Shown here: piece by piece, positions 28,792 to 36,490 of the stretch
How the letters are laid out: every line of letters starts with the position of its first letter
How positions within the stretch are numbered: the stretch's first letter is position 1
Assembly (NCBI GenBank): GCA_024281215.1
Contig: JAMJTX010000134.1
Coordinates: 1,569 to 65,568 of the forward strand
Length of the DNA stretch: 64,000 nucleotides
Reading direction: 5' to 3'
Source: Candidatus Thiovulum karukerense
GTDB lineage: Bacteria; Campylobacterota; Campylobacteria; Campylobacterales; Thiovulaceae
The notes under the pieces: model-generated
The model's input: only the letters and a program-made list of their open reading frames with translations
What the model was told of the DNA's origin: nothing
Databases searched by the model: none
Translations under genes and position numbers: made by a program

Positions 28792-30579
28792 ATGATGTTG
28801 AGATATAAGTTAATACTACTATTTATATTTTCTATCCCTTTACTATCAAGTCAGATAGTTGAAGAGAGTGTTATTAAGTCACAAAAAGCGCTATTTATCC
28901 CTTTTGAAGAGGTTGGCACATCAAAAAGCACAGTTGTCGCACCAGTTTATGACTGCTCCAGAGCTTGTGAAGAGATAAATAGATGGAGTATTCCTCTTAA
29001 TAGTTATTATATATCTGAGTTTAAGAAGTCAATAGAGAGAGTGGAACTAGGAAATAGTTTCGACCTCATCACAAAAGAGGGAGATATATTTCTTTTGACT
29101 GGTAATGGTTTAGATTTTGGAGAGAAGAGTTCAAATGTTCCATTCTCATCTCGAAATCAGAACTTTAGTGCTATGGGTGTAGAAGTTGAGAGATATACAG
29201 GAACACCTCAATATCAGAAGCCACTCAAAACACTGCTTCAGAAGTCTCTCTTTTCCAGAATATCACTCAAGACAAACCTAAAACCGAGTTCCAGTTTTCA
29301 AAATAGAGTTTTATCGAAAAGCTACTTCTACTTTCTACACATTGACCACATAGATAGTGAGTTCCGAGTTATGAGAAGTCGTAAAGATGGTGGATTCTCA
29401 ATTAGTACAGATATAGATTTAGTTTTAAAGATGGCTCTTTATAGATATAACCCTGTTGCAGAGAAGTTTGTTCCTTTTGCTGATATTGAGGGAAGCTCTT
29501 TATCAATTGGAGCAACTAATGATCTACGAGAACTATACTCTATAAACTATTTTGATAGTAACTACACAACTTTTCCAACTCGTTTGGATGGTGAGCGAGA
29601 GTTTAAGAGTGCATTTCGAAAAAGTTTCCAAAAGGCTTTTAGTCAAATCAAAAATCAGATAGATGAGATTGATGAATTTAAAAGAGTTTCACCAGTGGTT
29701 GATATAAATGGAACTCTTCTACACTTTCAGAACATATCCAGAGATGATACTATTCGAGTAAATAGCCCAATCGAGTTTTATGATACAGATAATAATAAGA
29801 GTCGCATCGAGACTCTCCGAGGCTGGGGACGAGTTGTTTCAAATGGTGTGTTATCTGATAGAAATCGTACAACTTATGGAGAGGTTAAAGTTATTGATAA
29901 CTTTGGAATTAAACCTTACAGCTATACACTATTACCAGAGTATAACGGTTATCGATTTGGATTTAAGTCTGCTATTGAGTTTGGTGGAATTGAGTATGAT
30001 GAGGTGGATATTATCAGCTCAACTTCATATTTTTTTGCTGGAGGTGTTGAGTTAGATTTAGGCTATATATTTAATTCAAAATTTTTCTCAGATCTATGGC
30101 TCAACTTCTCTCTCTTTACCGCATATCAATCTATGGAGGCTGATAATCTCTCTATTCCCCTATCGTCAATTGAGCAGAAATATCTATATGGGTACGATCT
30201 GGAGTTTGAGTATCGATACTATCTTAAAAGTTATCCACCGTTCTATTTAAATGCTCTTTTAGGGTTTAGTGACAGAAGTGGTCAATATGGAGTTGAGTGG
30301 TTTAACGAGGTTAATGGAGTGCGGAGCTACGGAAATGGTGATCTTCAGATAGATTCTGCAAATTTGCAATATGGATTTGGAGTTGGATATTCTATCTCTC
30401 ACTCTTTCGATCTATACCTCCAGTATAGCCGTTACAACACTGTTGAGAACATTAGTAGAATAGAAGTTGATAAAAGAGAAGTTCAACTACAACAGATTGA
30501 TGGTGATAAGTTTGGATATGGAAGTTCATCTTCAATTTCGTTTGGAGCTAAACTCCACTACAATTCGCTCTTTCAATAA
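28792..30579 (+). CDS. Secreted protein with beta-barrel-like C-terminal region, unknown function
   Basis: Signal peptide. The C-terminal ~200 aa show alternating aromatic/Gly strands (YGFGVGYSISHSFDLYLQYSRY..). Confidence 0.45.
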   Translation: MMLRYKLILLFIFSIPLLSSQIVEESVIKSQKALFIPFEEVGTSKSTVVAPVYDCSRACEEINRWSIPLNSYYISEFKKSIERVELGNSFDLITKEGDIFLLTGNGLDFGEKSSNVPFSSRNQNFSAMGVEVERYTGTPQYQKPLKTLLQKSLFSRISLKTNLKPSSSFQNRVLSKSYFYFLHIDHIDSEFRVMRSRKDGGFSISTDIDLVLKMALYRYNPVAEKFVPFADIEGSSLSIGATNDLRELYSINYFDSNYTTFPTRLDGEREFKSAFRKSFQKAFSQIKNQIDEIDEFKRVSPVVDINGTLLHFQNISRDDTIRVNSPIEFYDTDNNKSRIETLRGWGRVVSNGVLSDRNRTTYGEVKVIDNFGIKPYSYTLLPEYNGYRFGFKSAIEFGGIEYDEVDIISSTSYFFAGGVELDLGYIFNSKFFSDLWLNFSLFTAYQSMEADNLSIPLSSIEQKYLYGYDLEFEYRYYLKSYPPFYLNALLGFSDRSGQYGVEWFNEVNGVRSYGNGDLQIDSANLQYGFGVGYSISHSFDLYLQYSRYNTVENISRIEVDKREVQLQQIDGDKFGYGSSSSISFGAKLHYNSLFQ

Positions 30580-30601
30580 ATAGAAGAAAGGGGAGTAGCT
30601 T

Positions 30602-33600
30602 TTGGAGATACCTTACCAGAAACTGTTTAATAAATCGGTTGAGAGAGTTATTCTCTCATCTATAATGTTTCAACCAGAATTTTTAGAGGACTTTATATCT
30701 GAAATTAAAGTTGATGACTTCTATGTCCCATTTCACAGGGATTTTTTTGATGCTGTTTTACGAGTTCATGAGAAAAAAGGGGTTATTACTGAGGAGCTTT
30801 TAAAACTTCAACTTGAAGAGAATGATAAGTTTAAAGAGGAGGAGTTTTTTAGTGTCTTCCTTGAACAGCCCGTTACAAAACTAGATTTTTATGTAAAAGA
30901 GCTAAAGAATAAAAGCACAAAACGGAGACTCCTATCTGTTGCAAAAGAGATTGAAGATGCTATTTTTGAGCAGGATACAGACTCTATCGAACTTCTTAAT
31001 TTTGTCGAGAGTGAGATATTTGCTATTGGGCAGGATAGTGCAACAGGTGGATTTAAGAATACTCCTGAGATTCTTGAAATTACAAAAGCATATATCGAAG
31101 AGATGCGAAACCGAGAGAATAAAACTCTCACAGGTGTTGATACAGGATTTACATCTCTTAATAAGATGACAACAGGTCTTAATGCCGGTGACTTGGTAAT
31201 TCTTGCAGCTAGGCCAGCGATGGGAAAATGTTTATCCTTGGGAACGAATGTTATAAAATATGATGGAAGTGTTGAGAAAGTAGAGAATATCAGAGAGGGA
31301 GATCTTCTGATGGGAGATGACTCAACTCCAAGAAAAGTTCTATCTCTTGCTCGTGGACGAGAGAAGATGTACTGGATTAGACAGAATAAAGGGATTGACT
31401 ATCGAGTGAATGAGTCTCATATTCTTTCACTTAAAAGAAGTAGAAACGAGGGGCGACATAAAAATGGAGATGTCCTAAACATCTCTGTAAAAGAATATAT
31501 TCAGAAGTCTGATAAATTTAAAAGTAACTATAAAGGGTATAAGGTTGCTGTTGAGTTTGAGGAGAAACCTATAACAGTTGAACCATACTTTTTAGGAGTT
31601 TGGCTTGGTGATGGTAGTTCAAGTTCGGTAACGGTTACAAATACAGATAAAGAAGTTGTCCAATTCTTATATAGTTATGCAGAAAGATTAAATTTACAAG
31701 TTCATAAATATAAAGGAAAAAATCGAACAGCAAACTTTAGTATTACGAATGGTAAGAAAGGTTCAAATAATTTTTCACTTCAAGCTCAGTTAAGAGACCT
31801 AAATCTGCTCAATAATAAACATATTCCACAAAACTATTTAACAAATAGTACAGAGATTCGACTTCAACTTCTTGCTGGTCTAATCGATTCTGATGGTCAT
31901 TATGATAGACAGGCGAATGGTTATGAGATAACTCAAAAGAGCGAGAGTTTGGCAAAGCAAATTAAACTTCTTTGTGACTCACTCGGTTTCCGAACATCTC
32001 TTAAAAGTAAAAAGGCAAAGATAAAATCTATCGGTTATGAGGGAACAGTTCATAGAGTGAGATTCTTTGGTGATATTGATAAGATACCTGTAAAAATTGA
32101 GAGAAAAAAAGCGAGAGCTTGGGGTATTAATCGCACTTGGAATCAGACTGGTATTAGAGTTGAAGAGGATATTGTAGATGACTACTACGGCTTTACACTA
32201 GACGGCAATAATCTATTTCTTCTTGAAGATATGACGGTTACTCACAACACAGCTTTTTCATTAAATATTGTCTATCAATCTCTTCAAAATGGTGATGGTG
32301 TGGCATTTTTCTCTCTTGAGATGCCAGTTGAGCAGTTGATGTTAAGACTTCTTAGTATTGACTCCCTTGTTGAGCTTCAGAAGTTAAGAACAGGCGATTT
32401 GAAAAACTCTGAATTAGCCAGATTGAATGAAGCGATGAAGAAGTTTGCCAACTATAAACTATTTATTGATGATGATGGTGGGGTAAATATTCATCAACTC
32501 AGAACAAAACTCCGAAAACTGAAAGCTAAAAATCCTGAACTTGGTTTAGCAGTTATTGACTATATTCAGATTATGAGTTCAAGTGGGTCAAAAGATAGAC
32601 AAGCTGAAGTTAGTGAAATAAGCCGAGGTCTAAAACTTCTAGCTCGTGAATTGAAAATACCTATTTTAGCTCTTTCTCAACTTAATAGATCTCTTGAGAG
32701 TCGAAATGATAAACGACCAATTATGAGTGACATTCGCGAAAGTGGTTGTTTAACGGGAGACTCACTTATTACTAATGGTGTCACTGGTAAAAGATATAGA
32801 ATCGATGATATTGTAGAGAACAGAGATAAACTACTTCCATTTAAAACAAAAGCAATGAGTGACAACTTAAAGATAGATAATTTTAGCATCACAAATGCTT
32901 TCTTTTCTGGAGTAAAAAAAGTCTATCAATTAACTACAAAATCTGGGAAAGTTATTAAGGCTACTGCAAATCATAAATTTTATAGAGTTGACGGTTGGTT
33001 TCCATTAGAAGAGTTAAGAGTTGGAGATAAGATAGCAACACCAGAAAATATGAATAGTGTAGGAGATAAAACTCTTCAAGATGATGAGGTTATTCTCTTA
33101 GCCCATCTATTAGGAGATGGCTCTATTCTTCCAAACCAGCCATATCATTATACAAGTCAAGATATGGAAAATATTGAAATTGTCCAACAGACAGTTCGAA
33201 GACTTTTTAATATTGAGGGCAACATCATTCAACAGAAGAGTTGGTGGCACATCTATCTAAAATCACCTTATCATTTAACACATAATGTGAAAAATCCTAT
33301 CACTCTATGGTTTGAAAAGCTCGGAATAGATAGAGTTCGCTCTTACGATAAAGAGATTCCAGAGATTGTATTTCAATTATTAGAAAAGCAAATAGCTCTC
33401 TTTTTACATCATCTTTGGGCTACTGATGGTTCAATCACTAGACAAAAAGGCAAAAACAATAGAAGCGATAAGATCCAAATCTATTATGCTTCAACTAGCT
33501 ATGTTTTATCTAAACAGGTTCAATCTTTACTTTTAAAGCTTGGAATTATTTCAACTATTAGAAAAAACAGACAGACCAAAAAAGGTAAAGAGTTCCGACC

Positions 33601-34381
33601 AATCTTTCATACATCAATTCAAGGAAAAGAGAATTTAGAGAAATTTCTTCTTAAGATTAACTCATTTGGAAAACGAGGAGAGCCAAAAGATGAATATCTT
33701 CAAATCTTAGCTCAAATTAAGGCAAATCCTAATAATGGTGTAATCGATAAGATTGTTTGGACAACAACTATTAAAGAAGCTAAGGATAGAGCTGGTATCT
33801 CTTGGCGAGATTTTGCAGGTAAGTTAAATATGTCATATGCTGGTAGCACTCTTTTTAAACATGGTATTTCTAAAAATAGAATGAAAAGAGTCGCTAAATT
33901 TTTAAGTGATAAAGATCTAGATAATTTAGCAAACTCTAATATCTATTGGGACGACATTAGCTCTATCGAAGAGCTAGGAGAAGAGAAAACTTATGATTTA
34001 ACTGTCGATTCAGTTCATAACTTTGTTGCAAATGATATTGTTGTCCATAATTCAATTGAACAAGATGCAGATATTATTATGTTTGTCTATCGAGATGATG
34101 TTTATAGATTAAAAGCTGAAAAAGAGAAAGAGAAAGAGGCTCAAGCTAAAGGTGAAAAGTATGTTTCACAAGCTGAAGAGAAGAGTGAAGAGTTGGCAGA
34201 GATTATTATTGGAAAACAGCGAAATGGTCCAACAGGTGTTGTAAAGCTAAATTTTATTAAACATCAAACCAGATTCGTTGATTTTGCAGATGAACATCAC
34301 ACTATTGATGAAGAGGTTCAACAGGCAACTCGAAGCAACCTTGACTCATTAAATAATGATGTGGATATGCCACCAATCTAA
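30602..34381 (+). CDS. dnaB: Replicative DNA helicase DnaB precursor containing two inteins
   Basis: 1259 aa. The exteins (484 aa) carry DnaB motifs: Walker A ARPAMGK|T split by intein 1, IDYIQIM, LSQLNR, and RESG|SIEQDADI split by intein 2. TTG start with AGGGGAG RBS. Confidence 0.9.
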   Translation: MEIPYQKLFNKSVERVILSSIMFQPEFLEDFISEIKVDDFYVPFHRDFFDAVLRVHEKKGVITEELLKLQLEENDKFKEEEFFSVFLEQPVTKLDFYVKELKNKSTKRRLLSVAKEIEDAIFEQDTDSIELLNFVESEIFAIGQDSATGGFKNTPEILEITKAYIEEMRNRENKTLTGVDTGFTSLNKMTTGLNAGDLVILAARPAMGKCLSLGTNVIKYDGSVEKVENIREGDLLMGDDSTPRKVLSLARGREKMYWIRQNKGIDYRVNESHILSLKRSRNEGRHKNGDVLNISVKEYIQKSDKFKSNYKGYKVAVEFEEKPITVEPYFLGVWLGDGSSSSVTVTNTDKEVVQFLYSYAERLNLQVHKYKGKNRTANFSITNGKKGSNNFSLQAQLRDLNLLNNKHIPQNYLTNSTEIRLQLLAGLIDSDGHYDRQANGYEITQKSESLAKQIKLLCDSLGFRTSLKSKKAKIKSIGYEGTVHRVRFFGDIDKIPVKIERKKARAWGINRTWNQTGIRVEEDIVDDYYGFTLDGNNLFLLEDMTVTHNTAFSLNIVYQSLQNGDGVAFFSLEMPVEQLMLRLLSIDSLVELQKLRTGDLKNSELARLNEAMKKFANYKLFIDDDGGVNIHQLRTKLRKLKAKNPELGLAVIDYIQIMSSSGSKDRQAEVSEISRGLKLLARELKIPILALSQLNRSLESRNDKRPIMSDIRESGCLTGDSLITNGVTGKRYRIDDIVENRDKLLPFKTKAMSDNLKIDNFSITNAFFSGVKKVYQLTTKSGKVIKATANHKFYRVDGWFPLEELRVGDKIATPENMNSVGDKTLQDDEVILLAHLLGDGSILPNQPYHYTSQDMENIEIVQQTVRRLFNIEGNIIQQKSWWHIYLKSPYHLTHNVKNPITLWFEKLGIDRVRSYDKEIPEIVFQLLEKQIALFLHHLWATDGSITRQKGKNNRSDKIQIYYASTSYVLSKQVQSLLLKLGIISTIRKNRQTKKGKEFRPIFHTSIQGKENLEKFLLKINSFGKRGEPKDEYLQILAQIKANPNNGVIDKIVWTTTIKEAKDRAGISWRDFAGKLNMSYAGSTLFKHGISKNRMKRVAKFLSDKDLDNLANSNIYWDDISSIEELGEEKTYDLTVDSVHNFVANDIVVHNSIEQDADIIMFVYRDDVYRLKAEKEKEKEAQAKGEKYVSQAEEKSEELAEIIIGKQRNGPTGVVKLNFIKHQTRFVDFADEHHTIDEEVQQATRSNLDSLNNDVDMPPI
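31229..32248 (+). mobile_element. DnaB intein 1 (340 aa) in the P-loop, with LAGLIDADG homing endonuclease domain
   Basis: Starts with Cys (GK|CLSLG) and ends VTHN|T. Block B is NESHILSL. LAGLIDADG motifs are YFLGVWLGDGSS and LLAGLIDSDGHY. Confidence 0.85.
32747..34051 (+). mobile_element. DnaB intein 2 (435 aa) at the RESG/SIEQDAD site, with LAGLIDADG homing endonuclease domain
   Basis: Starts with Cys (ESG|CLTGDSLI) and ends VVHN|S. Block B is TANHKF. LAGLIDADG-like motifs are LLAHLLGDGSI and HLWATDGSI. Confidence 0.85.
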
Positions 34382-34434
34382 GCACCTCTTCTAATATTTG
34401 GATATTGGACGAAGCGACTAATTAGAGAGATTAT

Positions 34435-34495
34435 GGTCAAGCTCGAATATGACAAAACAGTGTTATTGTCGTGCTTGATACATCAATCTCTCTTC
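34435..34495. repeat. Intergenic repeat family 1, second full copy
   Basis: GGTCAAGCTCGAATATGACAAAACAGTGTTATTGTCGTGCTTGATAC..AATCTC aligns with 25261-25330. The hairpin has degenerated in this copy. Confidence 0.7.
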
Positions 34496-34607
34496 TTAAG
34501 CAGTTTGGAGCTTTAGGCTACTAGAATATATGTTTTCACCAAATTGACTTATAAACTCTTTTACTATAAAATACATCGACTAAACTTATTTTAAAGGAAT
34601 ATGTTAA

Positions 34608-36383
34608 ATGGGTAATAGAGTTTTAAAAACAGGACTTTTAAGTTTAACAGCTGCTAGTTTATTAACTACTGGTGCATTCGCTTTTACTGTTAGTGGTACA
34701 GATAATGCTATTAGTGGAAGTGCTTTCAAAAAACTTGGTGGAAGATTAGATGTTGCAAAAATTACAGTTCAAACAGATTATATTTTTGAGATTACAAACC
34801 TTGAAGTAAATGTAACTCAAGATGTTAATGATACAGAAAGCTACCTCCAAACTGTTAAACTTTTTGGCGAAAGTTTAAATGAGGAGAACAAAATTGCTGA
34901 GAAGACAATCACTTTAGCTCCAAAAGATGAAAATGCAACTACAAAAGATGCAAATGTTGTATTTACAGCTAGTGATTTCTCAAATGCTAATTCTAATTTC
35001 TTAACATTTGAAGCTGGTAAAAACTTATATGTTGCTCTCCAATATGGTGCTATTAATAGTGCAACAGGTAAAGATAGTACAATAACAGTTAAAGCTGGTA
35101 ACTTAAAAGTTGTAGCAACAGATGATGAAAATAATACAGGTGACTCTAACATCACTTTTGCTTCTAGAAGCTTTACAATTGATAGAACTGCTCCAACTCT
35201 TCAATCAATTTCATCTGCACTATCAACAGGATTCAACACCCCTACTGTTACACTTAAATTTAGTGAGCCTGTAAAAATAAATGGTGGAACAACAGCTGCA
35301 AAAGATGGTAAGGCTGATGCTATCTCAGTTACATCGCATACAGTAAGCACTACTGATACTAATGCTACTACTATTACACTTGGTAGTGAGCTTAACTCAA
35401 CTCTATCTGGTGATGTTTATGTATCTTACACAGACAATCAAATTACAGATATTTTTGGAAACTTAGCTGTACTTGATAGAAATGTATCTGTTAGCTATTA
35501 TGATTCTAAAAACAATAAATCAAGTAGCCGACACGAAGTTGTAGCTCTCGCAACTGGTGTAAAAGCATATGATGATAACACATCAGCAACAATTGAAGCT
35601 GTGCATGTTGATTTTGATACAAAATCAAGCGGATATGTGCTTTTCACAGAAGAGGTTAAGACTCCTGCTCTATGGAACATCAAAAATAACAATGGTGCAA
35701 CTTTAACTTTTGGAACAGCTGAAGAGTCTAGTAACAAAACAAAAGTACCATTTACTATTACAAGTGGTTCTATTACAGATTTAGATTTATATTTTAAAGA
35801 TGGTAATAGTACAACATCTGTTATAGATTATGGTGAGAATAACTCAACTTCTTCAGAGGGTAACTATACTCCAAAACACATTACAACTCTTTCAATCAAA
35901 GAGGGTTGGAACTTAATCGCTCTCAACTCACAAACAAGAACAACATCTGAAAGAGTCATTAAAAGTGGTGCTGTTGAGATGATCTGGGGTTATGACAACG
36001 ATAACGGAAAGTGGAATAGATTCCCTCAAGACATTAAAGCTGGTCACGGTTACTGGGTAAAAGGTAATAAAAACTTTGCAGAGTTCAATAACTCAAAAAT
36101 TGAGTATGCAGACTTAAATGATGAGACTGCGAAAGCTTATGATGTTAATAACTCAACAGTAATTAAAAATGCTGGTAAAACAGGTTGGGCATTAGTTGGA
36201 ACAAAAGAGACTAACTTAACTTGGGCAGAAGCTTACTCACAAGTTGCTGATGGTTGTTACGGAGTATCTGTATATGCTTATGACAACGGCAACGGTTGGA
36301 ATAGTTCTGCAACAGGAATTCCTGCTAACTCTGGTGTATGGGTTAAACAAGACTGTGACAACGAGTACAATATCGGTCAATAG
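34608..36383 (+). CDS. Secreted surface protein, Ig-like middle region and C-terminal GW-module repeats; sequon-rich
   Basis: Signal peptide (..TTGAFA|F). FTIDRTAPTL Ig-like domain boundary motif. Two C-terminal GW(N/A)L..(W/Y).YD..NG.W....G.WVK modules. About 15 D/E-x-N-x-S/T sites. Confidence 0.6.
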   Translation: MGNRVLKTGLLSLTAASLLTTGAFAFTVSGTDNAISGSAFKKLGGRLDVAKITVQTDYIFEITNLEVNVTQDVNDTESYLQTVKLFGESLNEENKIAEKTITLAPKDENATTKDANVVFTASDFSNANSNFLTFEAGKNLYVALQYGAINSATGKDSTITVKAGNLKVVATDDENNTGDSNITFASRSFTIDRTAPTLQSISSALSTGFNTPTVTLKFSEPVKINGGTTAAKDGKADAISVTSHTVSTTDTNATTITLGSELNSTLSGDVYVSYTDNQITDIFGNLAVLDRNVSVSYYDSKNNKSSSRHEVVALATGVKAYDDNTSATIEAVHVDFDTKSSGYVLFTEEVKTPALWNIKNNNGATLTFGTAEESSNKTKVPFTITSGSITDLDLYFKDGNSTTSVIDYGENNSTSSEGNYTPKHITTLSIKEGWNLIALNSQTRTTSERVIKSGAVEMIWGYDNDNGKWNRFPQDIKAGHGYWVKGNKNFAEFNNSKIEYADLNDETAKAYDVNNSTVIKNAGKTGWALVGTKETNLTWAEAYSQVADGCYGVSVYAYDNGNGWNSSATGIPANSGVWVKQDCDNEYNIGQ

Positions 36384-36399
36384 TTTTAAATAAACTTTT

Positions 36400-36457
36400 G
36401 GAGGGGAGATGAGCTTTAACCCTCCGATCTCCTCCCCGCCTCTAAACTCTTAGAGGC
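36400..36457 (+). terminator. Two consecutive hairpins downstream of 34608-36383
   Basis: GGAGGGGAGAT..ATCTCCTCCCC is an 11-bp stem with one mismatch and one G.U pair. GCCTCTA..TAGAGGC is a 7-bp stem. No clear U-run follows. Confidence 0.4.
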
Positions 36458-36490
36458 AAAAAGACCTCTTTATATTAAAGGAAATTTCAG

